From IMG/VR virus record IMGVR_UViG_2887198475_000002: DNA of 64,000 nucleotides; one strand, written 5' to 3'. Shown here piece by piece: positions 17,566 to 27,700 of the stretch. This stretch comes from a virus. Lineage: Duplodnaviria > Caudoviricetes. Under the pieces are notes generated by a model. That model was not told the DNA's origin and did no database searches. It saw nothing but the letters and a program-made list of their open reading frames with translations. Position 1 is the first letter of the stretch. Every line of letters starts with the position of its first letter. Both the position numbers and the translations under genes were made by a program.

Positions 17566-18423
17566 ATGGCTATGCAGCCGGGGTGCTACAGCGGATATCC
17601 AGAAGCAGAGTACCACGCCTCTGAGGGGCTTTCGGTCAGCCGCCTGAAGAGACACAGAAAAGCGGCGCTCCTCTCGACGGTCGAGCAGGACGAGGAGACG
17701 CGGGACCAGAAGCTGGGAACGCTGATCCATTGCGTGGCCCTTGAGCCGGACAGCTTCGCCAAGCGGTTCGTCATCAATGACGACAACCGCAATTCCAACG
17801 CCTTCAAGGCGGTGAAGGCGAAGGCGGACGCGGATGGGAAGGAAGTCGTCAAGCAGCAGGATTACGACAACGCGCGCCGCATCCGCGACGCGATCATGGC
17901 GCACCCCGAGGCCGGACGAATCCTTGCCCCAGGCCCCAGCCTCCTCGTTGAACAATCCTTCTATTGGGTTGACCCGGCCACAGGAATCCTTTGCCGGGGC
18001 CGGGCCGACGCGATCCGGCTGGACTGGCGGGCGATCGGCGACCTGAAATCGACCGAGGACGCCAGCGCGGAAGGATTTGCGAGAAGTTGCACTAAATACC
18101 TATATGATTGGCAACAAGCCTACTATCAGGAAGGCATCGAAGCCTCGTGCGGCTGGATGCCTGAAGCCTTCTTCTTCATCGCCGTGGAGAAGAAGCCGCC
18201 GTTCCTCGTCAAGCCGTGGGTGATCCACCCTGACGACGTGGATCGCGCCTATGACGAGGTTTGCGAGGCCCGCGCGCATTACCGGCGCTGCCTCGACGCA
18301 GGCCACTTCCCGGGCCTGGGCAACGACGTGGGCACGCTGCGGATCGGGTTCCGCACCCCTGCCAACTACATCGAGCCCTCCCCCGAGGCCGCGCCGGAGA
18401 CGGTGCGCCTGATCGCCGCCTGA
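17566..18423 (+). CDS. RecE/exonuclease VIII-like PD-(D/E)xK nuclease (DUF3799-like)
   Basis: EYHA..GLSVS, LGTLIHCVALEP, VEQSFYW, CRGRAD, DLKST, YDWQQAYY, FFFIAVEKKPP. Confidence 0.85.
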   Translation: MAMQPGCYSGYPEAEYHASEGLSVSRLKRHRKAALLSTVEQDEETRDQKLGTLIHCVALEPDSFAKRFVINDDNRNSNAFKAVKAKADADGKEVVKQQDYDNARRIRDAIMAHPEAGRILAPGPSLLVEQSFYWVDPATGILCRGRADAIRLDWRAIGDLKSTEDASAEGFARSCTKYLYDWQQAYYQEGIEASCGWMPEAFFFIAVEKKPPFLVKPWVIHPDDVDRAYDEVCEARAHYRRCLDAGHFPGLGNDVGTLRIGFRTPANYIEPSPEAAPETVRLIAA

Positions 18424-18448
18424 TCTCATTTCCCCCGAGGAGAAAACC

Positions 18449-19768
18449 ATGTCTCAGACCATCACCAACGGCACCCGCCCGACCATGGCCCCGCCGCGCA
18501 ACCCCGCGATGGGGATGCCGCAGGTTTCCCCGGCCCAGGCGGTTGTCAGGCGGCCGGCCGCGGCCTCCGCCCCTGCCCCGGAAGCATCCATGCCCAACAT
18601 CACCATCGGGTTCGGCAACCTCGCAGCCTTCGAGTTGACGCAGCGCATCGCCAAGATGTTCGCCAATTCCGGCCTTGTGCCGGAGCAATACCGCGCCGTG
18701 ATCCGCAAAAAGACCGGGCGGGATGAGGAGTATGTAGAGAATCCGGCGGCCATCCCGAACTGCGTGATTGCGTTGAACATGGCCCAGCGGCTCAATGCCG
18801 ATCCGCTGATGGTGATGCAGAATTTGCACATCGTGGAAGGCCGGCCGTCATGGTCCGCGCAGTTCATGGTCGCGGCGGCGAATAGCTGCGGCCGCTTCAC
18901 CCCGATCAAGTATCGAGTGACACGCGGAGAGGAGCGCGAGGTCGAATACGTCGTCACGGGCTGGCGCGACGGGGCCAACGGCCGGCGTGAACGCTACGAG
19001 GAAAAGCGCAAGGCGCGCGTGCCCGACCTGCGGTGCGTCGCCTACGCCCACGACAAAGCCACCGGCGAGCTGCTGGAATCCCCGGAAGTCTCGATCGAGA
19101 TGGCGCTGGCCGAGGGCTGGTATCAGCGCGCCGGCAGCAAATGGCAGACCCCGATGCGCGAGCAGATGATCCGCTATCGCGCGGCGACCTTCTTCTGCCG
19201 CCTCTACTCGCCAGAGCTGCTGATGGGCCTGCCCAGCACCGACGAGGCGGTCGAGATCCTCGACGCGGAGCGCGACGCGCAGGGCGAGTGGGCGATCCCC
19301 GACACGGAGCCGCCGGCGGCGCCCGTCGAGGAGCCGCAGCCGCAGGCGGAGAGCGCCGCCGCGCCAGAGCAGCCCACCGGCGCGCCCACGCCGCAGGGTG
19401 GGCAGGAGGCGCCGGGCAACGGCCAGGGCCACGCCCAGGCCACCGCCAAGGCCCAGACCCAGCCCCCGGCCAATGCCAAGAGAGAGCCGCCGCACGACCC
19501 CGTCACGGGCGAGGTGCTGGGCGCCGAGGCCGAGGGAGGAGGCGGAGAGGAGTGGCCCGTTGTGATCGACCAGCAGACCGGTCAGGAGCGCCCGGCCACG
19601 CCGGAGGAAGCCGCAGAGCTGCGCGCCATGATGGCCGATCCGGCGGCACAGGAGGTCGAGCGCGCCGCCAGGGAGCATGAGGCGCGCCACCCGTCGCCCC
19701 GCAGCTCCGGGCGGAGCCGAAACAGCAACCGCCCGACCACCGGAACCCTGCCGCTCAACGACGACTGA
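18449..19768 (+). CDS. RecT-like single-strand annealing recombinase with disordered C-terminal tail
   Basis: NCVIALNMA.RL.ADPLMVMQNL..VEGRPSWSAQF; SKWQT..EQMIRYRAATFFCRLY.PE.L.G; adjacent to the exonuclease. Confidence 0.75.
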   Translation: MSQTITNGTRPTMAPPRNPAMGMPQVSPAQAVVRRPAAASAPAPEASMPNITIGFGNLAAFELTQRIAKMFANSGLVPEQYRAVIRKKTGRDEEYVENPAAIPNCVIALNMAQRLNADPLMVMQNLHIVEGRPSWSAQFMVAAANSCGRFTPIKYRVTRGEEREVEYVVTGWRDGANGRRERYEEKRKARVPDLRCVAYAHDKATGELLESPEVSIEMALAEGWYQRAGSKWQTPMREQMIRYRAATFFCRLYSPELLMGLPSTDEAVEILDAERDAQGEWAIPDTEPPAAPVEEPQPQAESAAAPEQPTGAPTPQGGQEAPGNGQGHAQATAKAQTQPPANAKREPPHDPVTGEVLGAEAEGGGGEEWPVVIDQQTGQERPATPEEAAELRAMMADPAAQEVERAAREHEARHPSPRSSGRSRNSNRPTTGTLPLNDD

Positions 19769-19812
19769 AGCGCGAAAAGGGGGAGGACCGCCGCCCTCCC
19801 CCTTCCCTGGGA

Positions 19813-19850
19813 GCCCGCCGCCCCCCCCGGTGACGGCGGGTTTTCTGTTC
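19813..19850 (+). terminator. Rho-independent terminator (a second hairpin at about 19776-19805 precedes it)
   Basis: GCCCGCCG..CGGCGGG stem followed by TTTTCTGTT. Confidence 0.65.
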
Positions 19851-19852
19851 TG

Positions 19853-20230
19853 TCAGCCCAGCACCGCGGCCAGCGCGCTTTCGTCCAAGAGGATCCCCCC
19901 GTGGACGGGCGAAGAGATCATGGAGAGCAGGTCAGCGCGGGCGCTCTCGACAAGCCGCCATTCATGATCCAGCCCGGCAGGAGAGGCATTCTGCTGGGCG
20001 TAGCTCAGAGCCAAAGACACCTTCGCCGCGACCGAGGAAATCATGGTCGCCCGGGTGTCGATGATTTTCTCCTCGATGTTGTCAAGGACAGAAAAGGCGG
20101 CGGCATTTGCCTCCTCGTCGGTCGGGGTCCGGTCAGCCAATTCCTTCGCGCAGAGAGATTCGGTTCGGGCAAGAGCGTCTTTGTGCAGTTCAAGGAGAAT
20201 GGCGACCAGCATCTCAGAACAGGCTCCCAC
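19853..20230 (-). CDS. Hypothetical protein (lower GC; start uncertain)
   Basis: ORF with AT-rich upstream region; helical. Confidence 0.45.
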   Translation of the reverse strand: MGACSEMLVAILLELHKDALARTESLCAKELADRTPTDEEANAAAFSVLDNIEEKIIDTRATMISSVAAKVSLALSYAQQNASPAGLDHEWRLVESARADLLSMISSPVHGGILLDESALAAVLG

Positions 20231-20381
20231 TTCCGTCCGGATGAGAAGGCCACTCCTTCCTATTCCGGACCAGATTTCCTAATATCTATCTGCGCATAAC
20301 TTAACGCGACATCACAAAAACGTGATGCAAGCAACTGATACAATTCAGTCACAGTGTATTTACAACTGCAAAGACTAACAA

Positions 20382-20753
20382 TCAGGAAATCAAACCGGGT
20401 ATGGAAGGAACTGGACCGAGCCCGCGGAGATGAATTTGATTCCGCAATGCATGCAGCTCGTCTCGCAGCGTCCGCACTTGTTCTTCCGCAGACCGCCTGG
20501 AGTCCCGCTCCCGGTCCACCTCCTCGCGCATTTCTTCCAGCTCGCCGCGGATGGTTTTCACCACTTCCAGCAGCTCGCGGAACCCGGCGTCGCGATCGAC
20601 TTGCCGCGCCGCCACTGCGGCCTGGGCTTCCGCCGCGCGCTGGGCGCGGCGTTGCAGCAGCCAGTTGGCGAGCTGCGTCAGCCCCACGCCCAGCCCTCCC
20701 GCTATGGCCTCTGTCGTGAAGCCGCCCAGGCCGAAGAAACTGCTATCGGCCAT
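20382..20753 (-). CDS. Membrane-anchored coiled-coil protein at the end of the tail operon
   Basis: N-terminal hydrophobic helix plus coiled coil; possibly holin-like. Confidence 0.55.
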   Translation of the reverse strand: MADSSFFGLGGFTTEAIAGGLGVGLTQLANWLLQRRAQRAAEAQAAVAARQVDRDAGFRELLEVVKTIRGELEEMREEVDRERDSRRSAEEQVRTLRDELHALRNQIHLRGLGPVPSIPGLIS

Positions 20754-20810
20754 CCCGGCGCGCCCCCGCAGTGAGCCACCGACGCGCGGGCGTTGCCGAG
20801 AGGACGGGCA

Positions 20811-22031
20811 TCAGGTCGCGACCACCGCCTTGAGCTTTCGAACCTCCGGCCTCTGCCGCGCGTCGCCGTTGACGGTCAGGCGCACCACCGCGGTCGCCGG
20901 ATTATAGCCGGTGATGCGGTGGGTGCGGTCCATCCAGCCGTCCCCTATCGGCGTGGCGGAGATGAACGGCACTGTCGTCCACGGGCCATCGCCATCTTCG
21001 CCGATCTCGATCGTCAGATTGGAGGTGCCCGGTAGTAGGGCTTCAAAGGTGACGACGATGCGCGATCCGGAGCCCGCCACCATGGCGCGGGAGACGTAGT
21101 CGCCGGTGTTGGACCTGCGCGCGCTGACGAGCTGGATGTCCTTGTGCAGCCTGGGCGTCGCGTCCGGCTCGCCGGACAAGACCGCCGCCCACTTCACCGT
21201 GCCGGTCATCTGCGACGGCAGGAGGACGATTTCGCCCTCGCCCACCGTGACCACCGAAGCGTCAGGCAGCGTCAGCTCGAACACGCAATCGCACAGCGCC
21301 GTGGGACGCTCGATCGCAGCCAGCACCATCAGCTCGTCGGCCTGCGTGATGGTGACATCCGGCAGGTTGATGCGGGTGTTGTTCGACGCGGTCGGGGTGC
21401 GCAGCAGCCGGAAGGCCAGATCGGAGTCTTGGTGCGCCGTCCATGTCGAGCCGTTGGACGAGGAGAGGCGAACGCCGATCTGATATGGCTGGCTTGTCAC
21501 CCACTGCTGCGCCGCCACGTCGAATTTGCCAAGCTCGGCCACGGAGATGGCCGTGGTGGCATCGTCGCAGCCGATCACCAGGGCGTATTCGCGTCCGGCT
21601 TCCAGCCGCACCGGAGGCCAGGAGAAGCGATACCACTGATCCGTCAGCAGCGTGCTCGTCTGCACCACGGCATTTGCCACGACTTCGGACGTGGGCCAGC
21701 CGTTCTCACAGGTCCGGATCTCGGCGAAGGTGCGGCCTGTCGTGCCCTTGGCGCAGAACCAGACATCGCAGCCGGAGATCAAGGCCGGCGAGTTGAGCGT
21801 GAATGTCTCCGCCTGGGGATCATACCGCTCGAAAAATTCCGTCGTGGTGGTGCGGATGTTCTGCACCGCCCGCAGCTCCGTGACGGAGATTTTCCCGCGG
21901 CCGACGAATGTCGCGCTCGCTTTGGAGCCCCCGCGCCCCTGGAACTTCACCAGCTTCGATCCGACCGGGACATCGACCGGGATGGTGAACTGGCCGACCA
22001 CCCGGCCCTGTGCATTCGCTTGGATTGCCAT
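20811..22031 (-). CDS. Tail/baseplate fibre-associated protein, DUF4815-like C-terminal part
   Basis: GQFTIP..VPVGSKLV, DPQAETF, SSSNGSTWTAHQDSDLAF. Confidence 0.7.
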   Translation of the reverse strand: MAIQANAQGRVVGQFTIPVDVPVGSKLVKFQGRGGSKASATFVGRGKISVTELRAVQNIRTTTTEFFERYDPQAETFTLNSPALISGCDVWFCAKGTTGRTFAEIRTCENGWPTSEVVANAVVQTSTLLTDQWYRFSWPPVRLEAGREYALVIGCDDATTAISVAELGKFDVAAQQWVTSQPYQIGVRLSSSNGSTWTAHQDSDLAFRLLRTPTASNNTRINLPDVTITQADELMVLAAIERPTALCDCVFELTLPDASVVTVGEGEIVLLPSQMTGTVKWAAVLSGEPDATPRLHKDIQLVSARRSNTGDYVSRAMVAGSGSRIVVTFEALLPGTSNLTIEIGEDGDGPWTTVPFISATPIGDGWMDRTHRITGYNPATAVVRLTVNGDARQRPEVRKLKAVVAT

Positions 22032-22045
22032 CGGTCAGGCTCCGG

Positions 22046-24073
22046 TTAGGCGGCGGTGAAGGTCATGGGGCGGCCGTCGAACTGCACCACATCCAAGAAC
22101 TCACCCGGGCCGAACCCCGAGAGCGTGAACTTGATGTTGATGGGCCGCAGGAATTGCGCGTCCTCTTGCCACTGGCGCGTGACTTCGGTCTGCCAGTCCA
22201 CAACAACCTGCGTGGTGGTGCCCGTGAACCGGGTCAGCAGCCCCCACGATGGCCCCCATTCCTGCCGGCGCGTCTGCTGGAAGATGCGCGTCACCATGCT
22301 CGTCCAGACGGTGCGCGATTCCGTCCAGAAGTCGGTCGCCGGTTCGAGCACGGCCGAGGCGGGGATCGGCTCGAAGGCGTCGTAGGGGTTCACCTTCATG
22401 CAGCTTGTGCGAAGCGTCTGCGCGATCACCGGCGCAGTCGCGGCATTGTTCATCGGCAGGGTTGCCGTGCCCGCCAGGGAGACGGTCGCGACATGCACAT
22501 CCACGAGCGGCAGCGTCAGGATGCCGTCGAATACCGCGCCCGTCTGCGCGATGCCCTGATCCCGCTTGGTGTCATCGAGGAGGGGATCAACGAACAGGCC
22601 CCGCTTGTTCGTCGGCTCGCTGATGGCGATTTCCGTCTTGAGGGCCTGTTCCCCGACCAGCACCCCGAGCTGGTCAATCTGCCGCTGCATCGCTTCGAGC
22701 TGCGACATGGGGAGCATGTGGGTGCCGTCGTTGGACACCGATCGGTCGGTTGTCCACGTCTGCGTCACGGTGGCGACCGAGAGCAGCCCAGGCGGCACCA
22801 TGGGCGCCACCGGCGAGCTATCGTTCGGGATGCCCTGCACCCACTGCACCATGCCGACGCCATCGAGGCAGAGGCGGTCGATGCGGGGGCGCTTCCAGCG
22901 ATAAGTGATCTGCGTGACGCTGCCGGGGACAGCACCAGCCACAGTGAAGCCAGCAGCGTCCACACCGGTTGGCGTGACCGGAGCCACGTAGCGGTAAACC
23001 ACCGTGTAGGAGCTGCCCGGGGCGGGCTCGGTGCCGGACAGGGACCAATCGACCTTGTCCGATGTCAATTTATAGTCTGTTCCGGCCACGAATGTCGTGC
23101 CGCCGCTGAACGTGCTGCTGCCAGCCTGCCACGTTCCGCCCTGGTTGACCGCGACAATGCTCAGAACCGGGCTGTCCGGCAGCGTGTCCTGCGCGCCGGT
23201 GAATGCGCCGTGCTGGAAATTTGTCAGCACCCGCTGCGCGACGATGAGCACCTGATCCACCGCGGCGACGGGACCATGGTTCAGCGTCACCCGTTCGCTG
23301 CCGCCGGTGGCGACGTGGGGTTCGGAGATGACGGTTTTCAGGTCCGGCACCGCCGCATAGACCACGCGCCGCGCGTGCGGGATCGTGACCTCGCGGCCGT
23401 CCACGCGGGCCACGCCCTCCGCCATGGAATAGACCTGCTCCCCCGTGTCCGCATCGGCGAGCTGCGTCACCCGGAGGCCGGAGGAGACATACATGCCGCC
23501 GGCGGACTGCCGATCGTACGAGGCGATGGCGAGCGCGACCGCGTCGATTTGCGGCGGCGGCTGTTGCGATTGCGGAATGCCATCTACAATCGTATACACC
23601 GGGTAGAACTCGCCCGGCGTGCCGTCGCCGGCCCGCGCCCAGCTCGTGTCCACCCGGAGGCGGGCCGCGCCCGGCTCGTTGTTGTTGCGCACGCCAACGG
23701 CAGGGTCGCGGAGCGTCGGGTCTTCAAGCTCGGTCACGACCACGTCGTTGAGGGCGATGCCGACTTGCACGGTCCCGATGACGGGGATGGTCAGGGTGCG
23801 AGGCGCCACGCCGCGCACCGCGCCCCGCACGTAGACCGCGCCGCCTTCAAGCTGGCAGGCCCCGGTGTTCACATCCACCAGAATCCCGCAGTCGCGAATA
23901 ATCGCTCCGTCCTTGAAAAGAACGTCGGCGATGCGCTTCAGGCGGTCCTGAATGCTTTGCTGAATCTCGTTGAACTCGGCGCTCTGCAAGACCTTCCCGG
24001 CCCTGCCCAGGTGTCGCTCGTAGTTCTTCGAGGCATCGAAGCGGGAATAGTATCCCGCGGGCATGGTTGCCAT
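22046..24073 (-). CDS. DUF4815-like adsorption-associated tail protein, N-terminal part
   Basis: YYSRFD..KNY...LQSAEFNEIQ...LFKDG, NEPGAARL, GLFVDPLLDD. Confidence 0.8.
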   Translation of the reverse strand: MATMPAGYYSRFDASKNYERHLGRAGKVLQSAEFNEIQQSIQDRLKRIADVLFKDGAIIRDCGILVDVNTGACQLEGGAVYVRGAVRGVAPRTLTIPVIGTVQVGIALNDVVVTELEDPTLRDPAVGVRNNNEPGAARLRVDTSWARAGDGTPGEFYPVYTIVDGIPQSQQPPPQIDAVALAIASYDRQSAGGMYVSSGLRVTQLADADTGEQVYSMAEGVARVDGREVTIPHARRVVYAAVPDLKTVISEPHVATGGSERVTLNHGPVAAVDQVLIVAQRVLTNFQHGAFTGAQDTLPDSPVLSIVAVNQGGTWQAGSSTFSGGTTFVAGTDYKLTSDKVDWSLSGTEPAPGSSYTVVYRYVAPVTPTGVDAAGFTVAGAVPGSVTQITYRWKRPRIDRLCLDGVGMVQWVQGIPNDSSPVAPMVPPGLLSVATVTQTWTTDRSVSNDGTHMLPMSQLEAMQRQIDQLGVLVGEQALKTEIAISEPTNKRGLFVDPLLDDTKRDQGIAQTGAVFDGILTLPLVDVHVATVSLAGTATLPMNNAATAPVIAQTLRTSCMKVNPYDAFEPIPASAVLEPATDFWTESRTVWTSMVTRIFQQTRRQEWGPSWGLLTRFTGTTTQVVVDWQTEVTRQWQEDAQFLRPINIKFTLSGFGPGEFLDVVQFDGRPMTFTAA

Positions 24074-24086
24074 GGGGGATATTCCC

Positions 24087-24674
24087 TTACAACTCTAGCA
24101 CAAACTCGTATGACTGCCGCACATTGCCCTGCCGGACGATCTTCGGGTTGTGCTGCAAGGCGAGGAGCTTGCCAGGATCCTGCAAATCCGCCGGCGGGAA
24201 ATACATCTTCCCTGGCGTTGCCGTGATGACCGAGGGCTTGATGACGGTGCCGACGAACACGCCGATCTCGCGGATGGTCGCGGGCGGGCTGGCACCGTCC
24301 TCGTAGTCGAACTGGAACCGGACGTAGACCTCGTTCGAGGGCGTCGGGTTGACATCGACATACCGGCCCGTGGGGACCACCAGCAGCTTGCCGGCTGGCA
24401 CCAGATCCGCATGCTGTAGCCCCCAATCGTCCTTCGTGGTGCCGTTGGGCGGCGGGCCGATCTGATCGACCACCCAATCGCCCAGGTTCATCACGAACCT
24501 GCTTTCGGTCAGGGCGCGGCGCCCGACCTCGGCCACCAGGGCGGTTGCTGTCGCCGATTCTGCGGCCGGGGTGTCGTCCCACGCGGCCAGCCCGGTTCCC
24601 CAGGCCAGATGAATGGGCTGTTCGAGCAGGGCGATGGCAAGAGCCGTCCGCCCGCTCCGGGTCAATATCGCCAT
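24087..24674 (-). CDS. Baseplate/tail-fibre attachment protein
   Basis: MAILTRSGR.ALA...IHLAWGTG...IREIGVF; typical position before DUF4815. Confidence 0.7.
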   Translation of the reverse strand: MAILTRSGRTALAIALLEQPIHLAWGTGLAAWDDTPAAESATATALVAEVGRRALTESRFVMNLGDWVVDQIGPPPNGTTKDDWGLQHADLVPAGKLLVVPTGRYVDVNPTPSNEVYVRFQFDYEDGASPPATIREIGVFVGTVIKPSVITATPGKMYFPPADLQDPGKLLALQHNPKIVRQGNVRQSYEFVLEL

Positions 24675-24708
24675 ATCGGGCGCGCTCCGGCGGGTTATAT
24701 CGCCGGAG

Positions 24709-24725
24709 AGCTTTCCGTCACGACC
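24709..24725 (-). promoter_or_regulatory. Late promoter motif copy 3
   Basis: GGTCGTGACG-G-AAAGCT; hairpin 24685-24708. Confidence 0.8.
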
Positions 24726-24726
24726 G

Positions 24727-27700
24727 TTAACCGGGGTATCGTGAGGCGAAGGCGGTTTGCAGCTCCCCGGTAATCCAGGCGTCCTCTTTGGCTACGTTGT
24801 AGAACAGCAGGTCGCCGATATGGCCGTAGAAGAAGTTGTCCAGCACGGAGCTGGCATCGGTTCTGGTATAGCCGACGCTGAACCTGCGCGCCGTGGGGTG
24901 GTTCGTGCTCTCAGCCGGCATGGTGCCCTGCCGGTTCACGGTCAGCTTGACGCCGTTCACGAACAGGTCGCCCGTGCCGTCCCCGTTCCAGCGCGCGACG
25001 ATGAAATAGACCGTGCCCGGCTGCAACTCCTGCCCCGTGCCGTTGCCGATTACAGACCTGCCGTTGCCGCCGCTGTCCGTCGTCTTGAGCATCGGCCGCC
25101 ACAGGCCGCTGATGTTCTGGATGGTGATGCCCACGCAGTAGCCGTTGCTGCCGACCCAATATTCGTTGGCAACCGGCAGGATGGTGGAGTAGCCGGTCCC
25201 CTGGGTTGGCCACGCATCCGGGGTCCGGACCACCGCGGCGACAGTGCGCGGGCCGCGGACCGCCGCGAACAGTCCGGCCAGATCGTTCGAGCTGGTCGCA
25301 GAGGCAGAATCGAGCCGCTGGGCGCCGGAGAAGGCCATCATGCGGCGGCCGTGAACGAGCGCCAGCGTCGGGTTGTTCGTCAGATCCGAGGCAACCTCGT
25401 TGCGCACAAGGTAGTAGCTCGTGCCGAGCACATCCCGCACTTCGTTGACGTAATCCGGGGATCCCCCGGTGCTGGTGACGAAGGAGGTTGCGTCAGGCGA
25501 GAGCTGGGCGGCCATGTCGGCGGTCGGCCAATCCAGCGGGAGCGTGGCGGTTGCTGTCGAGCTGGCGGAGATGGAGGAGGCCATGCGGGCGCGGATCGTC
25601 GCCGCCGTGGCATAGGCTTCATTGCCGCCGTCGGGCTTGCGGAAGCAGAGATAGTCGCCGTTCGCAGTGATGACGATCGAGAGGGCCTTACCTGCCCGAG
25701 TGCCGGTTTCCAGCGCCCACGACCCGCGTGCCGCGTTGGCGCTGTTGAATACCACCCATTCGACGCGATCGCCTTCGGTGCCCTCGCCCTTCGTCGTGAC
25801 GGTGACGTTGAAGCGTGCGCGCCCGCTGTCGGCCGGATCGCGCTCGATGGTGCCGATCGCATACGACGAGAGCGAGAGGCTATAGCGATCCGTGAGGGTT
25901 CCGGCGCCGGAGGACTGCGCTGCGGCCGCGCCTGCCAGCAAGATGCCGGTGGTCAGGTCGGCCGAGGCCATGCTGCTGGCCTGGGCGGTGCCGGCAAGGT
26001 TCGACTGAGCGGCCAGCCCCACCGCCGTCGCCGTCGAGCTGGCGGAGATGGCGCCTGACAGGAGAGCGCGGATCGTCGCCGCCGTGGCATAGGCTTCATT
26101 GCCGCCGCCGGGCTTGCGGAAGCAGAGATAGTCGCCGTTCGCAGTGATGACGATGGAGAGCGCCTTGCCGGCCCGGGTGCCGGTTTCCAGCGCCCACGAC
26201 CCGCGCATCGCGTCGGTGCTGCTGAACACCGCCCACTCGACGCGATCGCCTTCTGTGCCCTCGCCCTGAGTGGTGACAGTGACGGCGAAGCGGGCCTTCC
26301 CGCCGTCTGCCGGATCGCGCTCGATCGTGCCGATCGCATAGGAGTTCAGGAGGACGCGGTAGCGGTCGGTCAGGGTGCCAGTGCCAGAGGACTGCGCCCC
26401 GCCCGCGCCGGCTAGCAGGATGCCGGTGGTCAGGTCGCCAGCCCCCGAAGACTGCGCCGCAGCCGCGCCAGCCAGCAGAACGCCAGTGGTCAAGGAGGCA
26501 GATGCCGCGCTGCCAGCCTGGGCGGTGCCCGTGAGATCAGAGCTTCCCTGCGAGCCCAGCCCAGCCGCCGTTGCTGTCGCCCTGGCGGAGATGGAAGAAG
26601 CCATGAGGGCACGGATTGTCGCTGCGGTGGCATAGGCTTCGCTCCCGCCCCCAGGCTTGCGGAAGCCGACGTAATCTCCATTCGCGGTGATGACGATGGA
26701 GAGGGCCTTGCCGGTCCGCGTGCCTGTTTCCAGCGTCCACGACCCGCGCGTCGCGTTGCCGCTGGTGAACACAACCCATTCGACGCTGTCGTTTTCGCCG
26801 GGCTCGCCTCTCGTCGTGACCGTGACGTTGAAGCGGGCTTTCCCGCCGTCAACCGCATCGCGCTCGATGGTGCCGATCGCATAGGACGAGAGGCTGAACC
26901 CATAGCGATCCGTGAGAGTGCCGGCGCCGGCGGACTGCGCCGCCGCCGCGCCTACCAGCAGAATGCCGGTGGTCAGATCGGCAGTTGCCGCGCTGCTCGC
27001 CTGGGCGGAAGCACCGAACAGCCCCGCGCCGGTGGAGAGGGTGCCCCAGCCAGCCGCCTGCGCCGCGATGCTGCCGGCGAGGCGGATTGCGGTGGTCAGG
27101 CCGGCCGAGGCCACGGCACGCGCCTGAACGCTGCCAGCCAGGAGCTTGCCGGTTTTCAGGCCGGCAGACGCGACGGCCTGGGCCGCGGCGGTACCGGCAA
27201 TAGGCTGACGCTTGATCTCGTCCGTTCGAGCCAAGCCGATGAGCCCCGGCCCCCATCCGCCGATCGCGCCAAAGGAGGCCATGATGGCGCCGGCCCAGAC
27301 GCTGCCTTCCTCCTCGTTTACAGCGAGGCTGGAACTCGACACGCCCGGATGGATGCCGGCCATGCCAGGATATTCCGGAGGATCCCAGCCGCCGCCGTTG
27401 GCGTCCTCGAACCACTCGTCAATCGGCACCCAGACGAGGCGGTGGGCATAGTCGGACAGCCCCGTGCCGCCCGACATTTCCATCCCGCCGTCCCCCTCTT
27501 CGACCAGCATGGTGCCGGGGAAATGCGCGTTCAGGTCGCCGAGGGCCGGGCCTTCCGAGAGGATGATCTCGCCCTTGCAGAACACCTGGGGATGGAAACT
27601 CGCGGCCGGCGGGTGCGGCAGCGGCCCGGCATGCAGGCTTGTCCATTCTGCCCGGGAGAGCGCCGGCGCCATCCGCACGAAGCTGTCCGACAGGCCGGCG

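Noticed and set aside
25560-27010. Tandem repeats as a diversity-generating retroelement TR/VR pair or a shufflon
   Set aside because: All copies are in-frame coding, differences are not adenine-specific, and no reverse transcriptase or invertase was recognised in the window.
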